NCBI GenBank assembly: GCA_045863295.1
Contig: BTWA01000006.1
Location: 163,431 to 227,430 of the forward strand
Reading direction: 5' to 3'
Length of the DNA stretch: 64,000 bases
Source of the DNA: Candidatus Hydrogenedentota bacterium
Lineage (GTDB): Bacteria > Hydrogenedentota > Hydrogenedentia > Hydrogenedentales > SLHB01
A program made the translations under genes and the position numbers. Below, in pieces: positions 1-9,722 of this stretch; the first letter of the stretch is position 1; every line of letters begins with the position of its first letter. Under the pieces are notes generated by a model. It saw nothing but the letters and a program-made list of their open reading frames with translations, made no database searches and was not told the DNA's origin.

Positions 1-692
1 TCACTGAAGTACACTTGGAACAGCTTGTTGGAACGCGCCAGAAACGCGATAGACTCCGCGGGATTCTCGCCAGCCATCATGGCATGGCTGAAATCAAACG
101 CGACTCCCACGTTTTTCATTGCGATTTCCTGACACAGCGACAACGCTTTGCCCACATTGGAAACCGTCAGGAACTTTCTGGGCTCCCGGGACTTGTAGGC
201 AATGGCCACGTTAATGTCAGGTGAAGCGTACTTGGCGATAGTCTTGATCGACGAGATAACGGTATTCCAGTGCGTAATGTAGTCAATGTGGAACGGATAA
301 TCGAATCCATCGCTGTACAAGCGAATCGTAATCTCGGTCGCACCCAGATTACGGGCGTAGTCCACTGCCTTACGACCTTCATCAATCGCGGCATTTCGAA
401 TCTTTGGGTGTTGATGACCAAATGCACCCAATGCAAACCGCCGATCTTTGGCTAAGTTGACTCCCACTCCAGAGCATGCCATGCCATTGTCTTTTAGAAT
501 CCGCTTCATCTCTTTCAGCGGAAAATCCTGCATGATATCGGTTTGGGCAATTTCAACCGCCTTCACCGTTTTCAATTTGGCGGCTGCCGAAAGCCGTTCT
601 TGGGGGCGCAGTGCTTCCCGGTACCCGTCGGGAACATACCGATCCGGGGATCCGGAAAAAATATCCAACGCAATAGAATGCTTGAGAGACAT
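1..692 (-). CDS. Xylose isomerase-like TIM-barrel protein (sugar phosphate isomerase/epimerase family); 3' end lies outside the window
   Basis: Not in the ORF track. Manual translation from the ATG at 692 (RBS AGGAG) gives MSLKHSIALDIFSGSPDRYVPDGY...LYSDGFDYPFHIDY...IAYKSREPR...VGVAFDFSHAMMAGENPAES...LFQVYFS, open to the window edge. Confidence 0.85.
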   Translation of the reverse strand, partial: MSLKHSIALDIFSGSPDRYVPDGYREALRPQERLSAAAKLKTVKAVEIAQTDIMQDFPLKEMKRILKDNGMACSGVGVNLAKDRRFALGAFGHQHPKIRNAAIDEGRKAVDYARNLGATEITIRLYSDGFDYPFHIDYITHWNTVISSIKTIAKYASPDINVAIAYKSREPRKFLTVSNVGKALSLCQEIAMKNVGVAFDFSHAMMAGENPAESIAFLARSNKLFQVYFS

Positions 693-884
693 GTCAATCT
701 CCTGAAAACCGACTTCCGACACTCGAATTTCCCTTACAGTACTTCAACTGAATCTGCCCAATTGCCTCTTTAGGACGCGTATGTGGACGCACCACAATCG
801 ACCCGGACTACTTGTCACACACGGGGCCAGACCGTGCTTCGCGTCAAGAGAAAAACGCTAGTCAGAGGAAGGCCGCCGGGGCGT

Positions 885-913
885 AGTATACGGATCGCGG
901 CGAAAAAAGTCAA
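885..913 (-). promoter_or_regulatory. sigma70-type promoter for the xylose isomerase-like gene
   Basis: Minus strand TTGACT-17 nt-TATACT, about 190 nt upstream of the ATG. Confidence 0.65.
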
Positions 914-1060
914 TACAGAAGTGTTTTACTGCCAGTAACATCCGCCGATTTTCCGGGTCTTCCAATCGGTTAAACCGATAATGGATAAGCATTTGTGAAT
1001 ACAGGCACGACTAGGCATTTTCGCGATTTTCGGAGTCCGTGAAGTCCATTCGAATCCAAG

Positions 1061-1182
1061 AAAAAAAAGAGGCGAGTGCCGGCAGCGGGGGAACTGCCCA
1101 AAAAGCACTCGCCGGTGGTGGGAACCAGTCATTACTGACTGTATCGTCACTGGTCTGGGGGAAAGACCTTTTGACGACACTG
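1061..1182 (-). ncRNA. Candidate small RNA with three hairpins, two UUCCCCC loops and an intrinsic terminator
   Basis: Stems at 1141-1180, 1126-1141 and 1071-1113; the last is followed by a U8 tract on the minus strand. The first stem has a G.U pair on minus but an A.C mismatch on plus. Confidence 0.6.
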
Positions 1183-1186
1183 TGGA

Positions 1187-1212
1187 AACATCACGTTTAA
1201 TCGTAATATTCC
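1187..1212 (-). promoter_or_regulatory. ECF-sigma-like promoter (GGAAT-N18-GTT) directly upstream of the sRNA candidate
   Basis: Minus strand GGAAT attacgattaaacgtgat GTT; the first sRNA stem begins 7 nt downstream. Confidence 0.4.
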
Positions 1213-1240
1213 GGCACGGATCCCGTCTTATTGCCACTTC

Positions 1241-1269
1241 TTGACGTTTACGGCTAAATCCATGATAAT
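1241..1269 (+). promoter_or_regulatory. sigma70-type promoter for the HEAT-repeat gene
   Basis: TTGACG-17 nt-GATAAT, about 50 nt upstream of the ATG at 1318. Confidence 0.55.
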
Positions 1270-1317
1270 CAATGACTAATAGCAATCAAAGCGTTCGTAA
1301 CTATCCGGAAATGGCTC

Positions 1318-2625
1318 ATGCGACACATGCGAAACCGAAGTGTTTCACTCACGTTTTCGATCATTCTTGCGGCGAATTTATGTACAGCCTATCCCCAGTC
1401 TATTCATAGGCAGGAGATTCCTGTGCCGGGTGCCTCTGGTACGTCAGTCTCCTCCGACTATTTGCCCTCAGAAGTGACCTGGCCCCCCGCGGAGTCTCCT
1501 TTCCAGAAGGAGCTGGAAGCGGCACAGAGTGCTTTTGGGCCTTTGGAAGCGATGTTGCATTCGAGAGACCCCTTTGTGCGTAAGCGCGGACTGGAGGGAA
1601 TTGCTCTGTCCGGGGAACAGCAAGCAGTCACGGTGTGCGTAGCCTTCTTGGCCGATCCCGACGCGGAAGTTCGCATGGCGGCCCGAACTGCGTTGGATCA
1701 GTTCGATGACGGTTGGGTGGCGGCGGATATCCGGCGAATTCTTGCTGGAGGTGGTCCTGGTCTTGTACACGCCCTTGATTATGCGATTCCGAGCCTCAAG
1801 GGGAGCTTGGAACAGCCGTTTCTACGTACATTGGACGACCCGCAGGAGCCCAGCCGCGATCGCGTTGTCGCGGCGTACTGCCTTGGCCGTATGGGTTCGA
1901 GGGACGCTATACCGGCTCTTACACGGGGCGCATGGTCTTCGGACAAGGAGTTCTCTGAGTATTGCGCTTATGCTTTGTCTTCGATAATTGACCCGGTCTC
2001 CGTGCAGGAATTGGCTGGGATGAGCAACCACCCGAACCAGGAAATCCGGTGGGCAGCCATTCAAGGTCTGGGCACAATTGGTGGACCAAAGGCATTCGAA
2101 TCGCTTCGATCCACCGCGCTTGGGCAGACGGAAAAAGTTATGTCTTTGCGCCAAGAGGCGATGTTTCAGCTAGCTCGTTCGGGCGACCTGGATTCAATAC
2201 CGGTGATTATGGAAATCATGGGCCAATCGCCTACATTGTCTCGCCCCGCCATTGAAGCCATGAAATACCTGACGGGCCTGGATCTCGGTCCATCTACGCG
2301 TGCCTGGCGGCAGTGGTATGAAACGGTGAAGCGCGAGTTTGTTCCTCCTCCCCTTCTACCTGTGGGGTATGCACCTTTGGGATTTCCACAGGATTACAGC
2401 TTTCTGACCGTACCCACGCCGACGGAAGAAGAAACGCAATCGGATGGGACACGGTCGCCGGGTATCAAGATTTCACCCAGCAATCCACAGAGCCGTCCTA
2501 CCAACCGATCGGAGGCAGGACAACCCGCAGCCACGCCCCCTTCAAACAGCGGTAGAACACAGCAGCCGGATATGCCCGAGTCCATGAAACGAGCGTTGGA
2601 ACGCTTAAGCAGGGGCGAACTATAG
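1318..2625 (+). CDS. Exported HEAT/PBS-lyase-like repeat protein with a Pro/Ser-rich tail
   Basis: Signal-peptide-like N-terminus; repeats such as LADPDAEVRMAARTAL, DRVVAAYCLGRMGSRDAIPAL and EIRWAAIQGLGTIG. Confidence 0.8.
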   Translation: MRHMRNRSVSLTFSIILAANLCTAYPQSIHRQEIPVPGASGTSVSSDYLPSEVTWPPAESPFQKELEAAQSAFGPLEAMLHSRDPFVRKRGLEGIALSGEQQAVTVCVAFLADPDAEVRMAARTALDQFDDGWVAADIRRILAGGGPGLVHALDYAIPSLKGSLEQPFLRTLDDPQEPSRDRVVAAYCLGRMGSRDAIPALTRGAWSSDKEFSEYCAYALSSIIDPVSVQELAGMSNHPNQEIRWAAIQGLGTIGGPKAFESLRSTALGQTEKVMSLRQEAMFQLARSGDLDSIPVIMEIMGQSPTLSRPAIEAMKYLTGLDLGPSTRAWRQWYETVKREFVPPPLLPVGYAPLGFPQDYSFLTVPTPTEEETQSDGTRSPGIKISPSNPQSRPTNRSEAGQPAATPPSNSGRTQQPDMPESMKRALERLSRGEL

Positions 2626-2678
2626 GTCGCTCAGGCTAAGCCTTCATGACGGCGTGAATCGGGTCTGGCTGGAGAAGG

Positions 2679-3374
2679 TTAGACGGGTCCGCTAGTTCGC
2701 TTCGAGACCTGGAGGTATTCCTCCGCCTTGTGGCGGACAATTTCGCCTTGAACGAGGTATATCACGTCTTCAGCAATGTTCGATGCGTAGTCGCCGATGC
2801 GTTCCAAGTGGCGTGACACCCCCAGGAGGTGTACCAGCGATTCGATATGTCCGGGTTGTTCTTCCAGTCCCTTTTTGACTTGACTGTACATTTCCCGGTT
2901 GATGGCGTCCACTTCATCGTCCATTGAAATCACCCCGTAGGCCAGACGGGCATCCTGGTTCACCAGCGCATCCAGACTCTGGTGCAACATGGATTGGACC
3001 TTTTCCGACATACGGCTGAAGTCGAAGGGCATGTCCATCCGTTCTTGTGAGGCGAGGTATAGCGAGCGTTCCGCGATGTTCACGGTAGCATCGCCAATGC
3101 GTTCCAGTTCGTTGTTGATTTTCAATACGGCAATAATGAACCGCAAGTCGTGCGCAACTGGCTGATGAAGTGCCAGGATTTTCTGGCACTCTTCCTCAAT
3201 ATCTACTTCCTGCTCATCAATGGTGATGTCCGTTGCTATTATCTTTTGGGCCAATTCCGTATCGCGGTCGCGAATCGAACGGACGGCGCGATCGACGCTT
3301 TCCTCGACCAGAGCGCCGAGGTTCAAAACCTTACGCTTCAGTTTGTTGATCTCTCGTTGCATGTGAATCGACAA
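2679..3374 (-). CDS. phoU: Phosphate signalling/transport regulator PhoU
   Basis: HQPVAHDLR, ELERIGD and HLERIGDYASNIAE motifs; last gene of the pst operon. Confidence 0.97.
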   Translation of the reverse strand: MSIHMQREINKLKRKVLNLGALVEESVDRAVRSIRDRDTELAQKIIATDITIDEQEVDIEEECQKILALHQPVAHDLRFIIAVLKINNELERIGDATVNIAERSLYLASQERMDMPFDFSRMSEKVQSMLHQSLDALVNQDARLAYGVISMDDEVDAINREMYSQVKKGLEEQPGHIESLVHLLGVSRHLERIGDYASNIAEDVIYLVQGEIVRHKAEEYLQVSKRTSGPV

Positions 3375-3392
3375 CCGAACAGCCTTTCCGTA

Positions 3393-4205
3393 TTATCCAA
3401 ATCGCCCGGTAATGTACGCCTCGGTTTCTTTCAGCTTGGGATTGGTAAAAATGGTTTCGGTTGTTCCGAATTCCACCAGACGTCCCTCGTTGAAAAATGC
3501 CGTATAGTCGGATACCCGGCCTGCCTGCTGCATATTGTGAGTTACGATAACGATTGTGTAGTCCGCGCGCAACTCCGCAATCAGATCTTCGATTCGCGCC
3601 GTGGACCTGGGATCGAGTGCGGAGGCGGGTTCGTCCATGAGCAGGATTTCAGGTCCGATTGCCAAAGCCCGAGCGATGCACAACCGCTGCTGCTGGCCGC
3701 CCGACAGCCCCAAGGCGCTGCTGTTCAGCCGGTCCTTTACTTCGTCCCATAGTCCGGCCCGGGTCAGGCTCATTTCGACGATATTGCCCAAATCGGCGCG
3801 AGACTTCACCCCATGAATTCTCGGGCCGTATGCAACGTTGTCAAAAATCGACTTTGGAAAGGGGTTTGATTTCTGAAAGACCATCCCCACCCGCTTTCGC
3901 AATGCAACGACATCTGTCCCGTTTCTATAGATATCGTTGCCGTCAATGCAAACCTTGCCTGTCATGCGAGCGCCGTCGATGAGATCATTCATCCGGTTCA
4001 TGGTCCGCAGGAAGGTGGATTTACCGCAACCCGACGGCCCAATTAGAGCGGTGACTTGTTTGGCGAAAATATCGATGGCGATGTTGTGCAGCGCCTGCGC
4101 GGATCCGTAGTAGAAGTTGAGGTCCCTGGCGCTGGCTTTGACGGCCAGGGCCGTCTTCTCCAGTCCCGGGTCTGTGTCGAACACCATTCTGTGTGCGTCT
4201 ACCAT
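3393..4205 (-). CDS. pstB: Phosphate ABC transporter ATP-binding protein
   Basis: [36 protein letters not shown]-terminal YITGRFG. Confidence 0.98.
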   Translation of the reverse strand: MVDAHRMVFDTDPGLEKTALAVKASARDLNFYYGSAQALHNIAIDIFAKQVTALIGPSGCGKSTFLRTMNRMNDLIDGARMTGKVCIDGNDIYRNGTDVVALRKRVGMVFQKSNPFPKSIFDNVAYGPRIHGVKSRADLGNIVEMSLTRAGLWDEVKDRLNSSALGLSGGQQQRLCIARALAIGPEILLMDEPASALDPRSTARIEDLIAELRADYTIVIVTHNMQQAGRVSDYTAFFNEGRLVEFGTTETIFTNPKLKETEAYITGRFG

Positions 4206-5038
4206 CGATAGCGCTTCCTGAAATGGCTACGAAGGAAGATCGCGCCAATGTTGACGCCCAGCACAAGAATCAGCAGTACCAGTGCCGTTCCGTACTGTGC
4301 GTTCCGGATTTCCTGCGACTCAGGGTATTGTGTCGCCAAAACGTAAAGATGATAGGGCAATGCCATGCAAGAATCGAGTATGGAGGAAGGCAATTCGGCT
4401 TTGTAGAATGCAGCACACGTAAACAAGATCGGCGCGGTCTCTCCGGCTGCCCGTCCAATTCCGAGTATGCTGCCTGTCAACATTCCGGGAACCGAGTACG
4501 GCAGAACGTTCTTCCAGATAGTCTCCCACTGGGTTGCGCCCAGCGCAAGACTTGCCTCTCTCAGGGAGCGCGGAACGGCACGCAACGCCTCTTCGCTGGC
4601 CACAATGATTGTGGGTAGAACCATGCACGCGAGCGTCAGGCTGCCCGAGAGAATACTCGTGTCGAATTTAAAAAAGATCACGAATAGCCCTACGCCAAAC
4701 ACACCAAACACAATGGAGGGCACGCCGGCCAGTGTGACAATGGCCAGGCGAATGATGCGCACGTAGCGGCCTTGCTTCGCATACTCCGTGAGGAAAATGG
4801 CCGCGGCCATCCCTAGTGGCAAAGCCACAACGATGGTTCCGGCCACCAGATAAAATGTGCCAAGTATGGCTGGGAAAATACTGTAATCATCGCCCGGTTT
4901 TCCCGGCATCAGGAACGCGGGTGTCAGACTGCTTGTGCCTTTGACTACGATGTCAAACACGATGTACCCGACGGTCAACACCACGAAGTAGGCAATCCCC
5001 CTTAGCAACCAGAATCCCAGTCTTTCTTTTCTGCTCAT
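4199..5038 (-). CDS. pstA: Phosphate ABC transporter permease PstA
   Basis: [33 protein letters not shown]; operon position. Confidence 0.96.
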   Translation of the reverse strand: MSRKERLGFWLLRGIAYFVVLTVGYIVFDIVVKGTSSLTPAFLMPGKPGDDYSIFPAILGTFYLVAGTIVVALPLGMAAAIFLTEYAKQGRYVRIIRLAIVTLAGVPSIVFGVFGVGLFVIFFKFDTSILSGSLTLACMVLPTIIVASEEALRAVPRSLREASLALGATQWETIWKNVLPYSVPGMLTGSILGIGRAAGETAPILFTCAAFYKAELPSSILDSCMALPYHLYVLATQYPESQEIRNAQYGTALVLLILVLGVNIGAIFLRSHFRKRYRW

Positions 5039-5042
5039 TTGC

Positions 5043-5918
5043 CTACGGCCTCCGATACGTCTTTAAGACGCGCTGGGCCACCAGGTTGAGCATAAACGTT
5101 GCCAGCAACAAGACCACTCCAATCCAGAAAAGGGCCTGATAATGCGTACTTCCGTACACGACCTCTCCCAGTTCGCCTGCAATCGTTGCGGTCATGGTGC
5201 GTACACGGCTTGTTGGTGAAAGGGTAATCACCGGTGCGTTGCCGGTGACCATAAGTACAGCCATGGTTTCTCCGATGACACGGCCCATACCCAGCATGAT
5301 GCTGGCAATGATTCCGGACATGGCGGCAGGAACAGTCACTTTCCACATGGTTTGGAAGCGGCTCGCGCCCAAGGCCATGGATGCCTCTTTGTACGCCATG
5401 GGGACGCTGCGTATCGCATCTTCGGATATTGTAATTATGGTGGGTATGGCCATGAATGCCAACAGCAGGGCGCCTGTCAACGCCGTCTTGCCCGTGTCCA
5501 GATGGAACAACTTCATCACAATTGGGCCGAGCACAACGACGCCAAAGAATCCCAGGACCACGGACGGAATGGCGGCAATCAATTCGACGAAAGGCTTCAG
5601 GATTTCACGTTCCCAACTTTCGGCGACCTCAGCGATATACACGGCTCCGCAAATGCCAAATGGAATGGCGAACAGCATCGCCAAAACAGTCACTGATAAC
5701 GATCCTACGACAAGCGGATAGATTCCAAACTCCACTTCCTGCATGGACGTTGGAGCCCAAGAAGACCCCAGCAGGGCGCCGAGTCCTGGCTTATGAATGA
5801 ATGGAAACGCTTCCTTAAAAAGAAACAGAAAAATCAAGACCACGATCAAGATGCTGGTGGAGGCAGCAATTCGCAGGGCGTAACGGACGGCAATTTCGAG
5901 AAACTGGCGTTTTCCCAT
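5043..5918 (-). CDS. pstC: Phosphate ABC transporter permease PstC
   Basis: AAIPSVVLGFFG, EASMALGAS, GRVIGETMAVLMVTGN. Confidence 0.96.
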   Translation of the reverse strand: MGKRQFLEIAVRYALRIAASTSILIVVLIFLFLFKEAFPFIHKPGLGALLGSSWAPTSMQEVEFGIYPLVVGSLSVTVLAMLFAIPFGICGAVYIAEVAESWEREILKPFVELIAAIPSVVLGFFGVVVLGPIVMKLFHLDTGKTALTGALLLAFMAIPTIITISEDAIRSVPMAYKEASMALGASRFQTMWKVTVPAAMSGIIASIMLGMGRVIGETMAVLMVTGNAPVITLSPTSRVRTMTATIAGELGEVVYGSTHYQALFWIGVVLLLATFMLNLVAQRVLKTYRRP

Positions 5919-6778
5919 TACTTCACCGTAACGTACCCTTCTTCCGTCACGATGGCTTGCCCTTTTTCGCCCGTGCAGAATTCGATGAAACCTGCCAGCG
6001 CCGGATTGGCCTCGCCTGCGGTGTAGAAGTAAAGCGGTCTGGCGATGGAGTATTCACCGGAGCGCACGGTGGTCTCACTCGGGACCACCGGTTCCGCATC
6101 GGCCGATTTGCGGACCGGTATGACTTTGATCTTGTCTCCCGCAGCATCCGCATACCCTAATCCAACATAGCCGATCGCTCCTGGCGATTCCTGCACGCTT
6201 TGAATCACGGCGGATGTGGCGGGCAACAACAATGCTGTGGGTGCATAGTTTTCCTTGTTCAGCACGTGCTCCAAGAAAAACATGTAGGTTCCCGAACTGG
6301 ATTCACGGGAGCAAACAACAATTTCAGCGTCTGATCCTCCCACTTGATTCCAATTCGTGATTGTACCGGTGTAGATGCTTTTCAACTGTTCCAAGGAGAG
6401 ATCGGCCACGGGATTCGACGGGTTGACCACGATGGCAATGCCATCCAAAGCAACGGCATACTCCTTGATTTCGTGTCCTTTGGCGGCCGCTTGTTCACGT
6501 TCCTCGGGGGTCATATCCCGTGACGAGGCGCAAATATCCGTCGTACCGTTCAAGAGGGCTGCAATACCGGTACCCGAGCCGCCACCCGTGACGGGAATGC
6601 TCACGTCCGGTTGGACTTGCTGATAGCTGACTACCCATTTTTTGACGAGGTGCAACATGGTGTCCGAACCTTTTATGGACACCACTGGACCCGTATTACC
6701 TCCGCCGCCGCACGACACGAACGCCAACAGCGAAATGGCCGCCAAGCCGGACACACGAAATGAACTTTGCAACCGCAT
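5918..6778 (-). CDS. pstS: Phosphate-binding lipoprotein PstS (alternative start 6796)
   Basis: Lipobox-like FVSC; KGSDTM, GGGSGTG, SRESSSGT, YSIARPLYFY. Confidence 0.95.
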   Translation of the reverse strand: MRLQSSFRVSGLAAISLLAFVSCGGGGNTGPVVSIKGSDTMLHLVKKWVVSYQQVQPDVSIPVTGGGSGTGIAALLNGTTDICASSRDMTPEEREQAAAKGHEIKEYAVALDGIAIVVNPSNPVADLSLEQLKSIYTGTITNWNQVGGSDAEIVVCSRESSSGTYMFFLEHVLNKENYAPTALLLPATSAVIQSVQESPGAIGYVGLGYADAAGDKIKVIPVRKSADAEPVVPSETTVRSGEYSIARPLYFYTAGEANPALAGFIEFCTGEKGQAIVTEEGYVTVK

Positions 6779-6844
6779 TGCTGTCCCCCTTTTCATATAC
6801 CGAAAGACTCCCGGGCAAGACGAGAGGCGTAGTGTAGCTGTCCT

Positions 6845-6865
6845 CTGTTAGGAAATTGTTAAAAC
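6845..6865 (-). promoter_or_regulatory. Putative Pho box upstream of pstS
   Basis: GTTTTAA-N7-CTAACAG; TAACA repeated at 11-bp spacing; the same motif occurs upstream of phoB. Confidence 0.7.
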
Positions 6866-7025
6866 GGCCGAAAATCCTTCGCGTGCAAGTGTTTACATAA
6901 ATAGTGGATTTCGCCAAAACCCACCCAATTCATCGCACTCGAACGAAGTATGTCGAGACCGAGTTACCTGAATACACTGTAGCCGTTGATCCTTTTGCCC
7001 CCAGTGGTTTGGGCAACAGAATGTG

Positions 7026-8825
7026 TTATTCGCTGGAACCCTCGATTGGTGCCAGCGATTCTGCCATCCGTATACTGAACTCGCTGCCCTTGTTCAGATT
7101 GCTTTCGACGCTTATCTCACCCCCGTGTAACCGGACAATATGTTTTACGATGGCCAAGCCCAGGCCGGTTCCCCCCAGTTTTCGACTTCGGGCACGGTCC
7201 ACCCGGTAGAATCGTTCAAATATTCGAGGTATGTGTTCTTGCTCGATTCCGCAGCCCTGATCCCGGACCTTTATGTAGACTCCTGCCCCATTTTTATGCG
7301 CCTCGACAAAGACTTCTGTACCGTTTTCGCTGTACTTTATGGCGTTTTCCAGTAGGTTTCCCACCGCCAATTGCAGCAATGACGGATTCATTCTGATCTG
7401 CAGTTCCGGATCGGTGTCCACCCGAAGATGGATGTTTTTGCCGGCGGCCATCTGAAGGTATTGTTGAACCGCGGCTTCCACCACCGGTGCAAGTGGCGCA
7501 CGTTGAATAACGATTTCGTCGCTGTGGTCGTCCCTCTCCAGCCGTGAGAGGGTCAAGAGGTCTTCAATCAGCAAATTCAGCCTTTCGGCCTGCTTTCCGA
7601 TAATGGTTAAGAATCTCCTGGCGTCGTCTGGGTCTGACATGGCCCCTTCAAGGAGGGTTTCCACATAACCTTTAATTGACGTTATGGGCGTTTTCAATTC
7701 GTGGGAAACGTTGGCGACGAAATCCTTGCGCGCTTGTTCTAGCCGGCGTAACCGTGTGATGTCGTACAAGACGATAAGCACACCAAACGTTCTTCTTTTT
7801 GAATCCGTAAGTGGGGTGCCTTGAACACTGAGGACCCGTTCCTGTCGCCTGCGCAGCACGATTTCACCCTCGACGGGTTCCATTTTTTCCAGAGCGCGCG
7901 TAATCAGGCGGAGCAACTCGGCGTTTCGAATGGCTTCATGTATGGTTCTTCCCAGTACTCTTTCGGGTTCGATTTCGATCATGCGGGCGGCCGCTGAATT
8001 CATACTCAATATTCGTTCGTCCGAGTCAATGGCGAGCACGCCCTCGATCATGGAGGACAAGACCGCTTCGAGTTCGTTCTTTTGCCGGGTAACGGCGCCC
8101 ATTCGATCTTCCAACTGGAGCGCCATTCGATTCATGGCATCGGCCAGCCCCCCCATCTCCTCGGAGTCGGGGACATTTAGCCGGCTGCGCAGGTCCCCCT
8201 GTGCAAACCGGTGGGCACCTCGCGTCATTTCCTCGAGCGGCCGGGTAATTCTTCTTGAGACAATCAAGCTGAGGGGAATGGCAATGATTACGATTACGCC
8301 GCAGCCGAATGCGATTTCCCGATAGATGCGTGAGAGAGCGGATACGGCAGTGCCAAACGGCACGGCGGCGCGAACAGCCGCGATTACTTTGCCGTCCACA
8401 ACGGCGGGCTTGGCGGCGTACACCATGTGGGTGTTCAACGAGTCACTGAATCGATCGGACTGTGTGGGAAGACCGGAGAGGGCCCCCCTGATCTCGGGCC
8501 GGCCGCTCAGATTTTCGATCGTATTCGGATCCGCCAGGGAATCCGCCACGACTTTGCCGTCGGGCAAAACAACCGTGATTTGGGTGCCCGATTCGCTTGC
8601 AAGCTGCCTGCAAAGGGATTGCAGGGTTTTGAAATCGCCTTCACGCAGAGGTACCAGCAAATGGGGTATGGCCAAGCTTGCCCTAGCCTCCAGATCCTGG
8701 CGGGTTTCATTGAGGTGGAATCCGCGCAACGCCGTGGAGGCGTAAATGCTCAACGCCATCGTGGTTCCCAGTATGATGACAAGGAACCACGGAAAGAGCT
8801 GCCATATGAGCCGGCGCCGCGGCAT
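7026..8825 (-). CDS. phoR: Phosphate regulon sensor histidine kinase (TM-HAMP-PAS-HisKA-HATPase)
   Basis: FVANVSHELKTPIT, NLLENAIKYS, RIFERFYRVDRARSRKLGGTGLGL. Confidence 0.93.
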   Translation of the reverse strand: MPRRRLIWQLFPWFLVIILGTTMALSIYASTALRGFHLNETRQDLEARASLAIPHLLVPLREGDFKTLQSLCRQLASESGTQITVVLPDGKVVADSLADPNTIENLSGRPEIRGALSGLPTQSDRFSDSLNTHMVYAAKPAVVDGKVIAAVRAAVPFGTAVSALSRIYREIAFGCGVIVIIAIPLSLIVSRRITRPLEEMTRGAHRFAQGDLRSRLNVPDSEEMGGLADAMNRMALQLEDRMGAVTRQKNELEAVLSSMIEGVLAIDSDERILSMNSAAARMIEIEPERVLGRTIHEAIRNAELLRLITRALEKMEPVEGEIVLRRRQERVLSVQGTPLTDSKRRTFGVLIVLYDITRLRRLEQARKDFVANVSHELKTPITSIKGYVETLLEGAMSDPDDARRFLTIIGKQAERLNLLIEDLLTLSRLERDDHSDEIVIQRAPLAPVVEAAVQQYLQMAAGKNIHLRVDTDPELQIRMNPSLLQLAVGNLLENAIKYSENGTEVFVEAHKNGAGVYIKVRDQGCGIEQEHIPRIFERFYRVDRARSRKLGGTGLGLAIVKHIVRLHGGEISVESNLNKGSEFSIRMAESLAPIEGSSE

Positions 8826-8828
8826 CAG

Positions 8829-9515
8829 CTACTCCTTGAAGCGATACCCCACACCGCGTACCGTTTCAATATACTGCCCATGACTCCCCAATTTCTTGCG
8901 CAATCCGACGATTTGTACGTCCACGGCCCTATCCGTAACAGGATACCCTTCTCCACGCACCGCGTCCACGATTTGCGATCGCGTGAACACCCAACCGGGT
9001 CTTCTTGCCAGGCATTGGAGCACTTTGAACTCCGTAAACGTCAGTTCCACCGGATTTCCTTGTAATAGGACTTCGTGCCGGCCAGGATGGATAACCATAT
9101 CATGAATTCGAAGTGGCGCCTCTTTGTCGGGTATGTCGGCTTTTCTGCGCCGCAGAACCGAATGGATACGTGCGAGCAATATCTTGGGACTAAATGGCTT
9201 GGTAATGTAGTCGTCCGCACCCAATTCAAGGCCTCGGACTACATCGGATTCCTCTCCCCGCGCCGTCAACATAACCACGGCCAGATCCTTGGTCTTGGGG
9301 TCATTTTTCAGCAAGGTGCATATCTCAAGTCCGTTCAGGCCTGGCAACATCAGGTCCAACACTACAAGACTTGGCAGCAGTGAACGGGCTTGTTTCAGCG
9401 CTTCGCCTCCTGTGGAAACGCAGGTTACCTGAAAACCGGCCTTGGAGAGGTTATATCCAACTAGCTCCAGGATATCTTCTTCGTCGTCGACCACCAGAAT
9501 CGTTTCTTTGGGCAT
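8829..9515 (-). CDS. phoB: OmpR/PhoB-family response regulator
   Basis: LVVDDE, LDLMLPG, GADDYITKPF, IETVRGVGYRF; adjacent to phoR and pst. Confidence 0.93.
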   Translation of the reverse strand: MPKETILVVDDEEDILELVGYNLSKAGFQVTCVSTGGEALKQARSLLPSLVVLDLMLPGLNGLEICTLLKNDPKTKDLAVVMLTARGEESDVVRGLELGADDYITKPFSPKILLARIHSVLRRRKADIPDKEAPLRIHDMVIHPGRHEVLLQGNPVELTFTEFKVLQCLARRPGWVFTRSQIVDAVRGEGYPVTDRAVDVQIVGLRKKLGSHGQYIETVRGVGYRFKE

Positions 9516-9585
9516 GGCTGTTAAAGGTCTTTCCTTCAATTTCGCGCACATTGGCCACAGTACCTGCGACGATTCTACGGGTTTG

Positions 9586-9606
9586 CTGTTAGCGTTCCAT
9601 TAAAAC
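9586..9606 (-). promoter_or_regulatory. Putative Pho box upstream of phoB (autoregulation)
   Basis: GTTTTAA-tggaacg-CTAACAG; all 14 flanking positions match the pstS site. Confidence 0.65.
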
Positions 9607-9722
9607 CGAGGAATTCTATAATTTTAACTGTCATGGCCTCGAATCCTGGGCGATGGCCTCCTTCGGCTTGCCGAATCGTTTGGCATTTTCTCTCGGCGAA
9701 CGCTTCCATGTATGATGGTGCT

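Noticed and set aside
1071..1190. Plus-strand CsrB/RsmY-like RNA (four GGAA motifs, some in loops)
   Set aside because: The U tract and the G.U pair both favour the minus strand; kept only as an alternative reading.
926..1285. 119-aa minus-strand ORF across the sRNA candidate
   Set aside because: TTG start with no clear RBS, runs through a terminator, and has no protein-like features.
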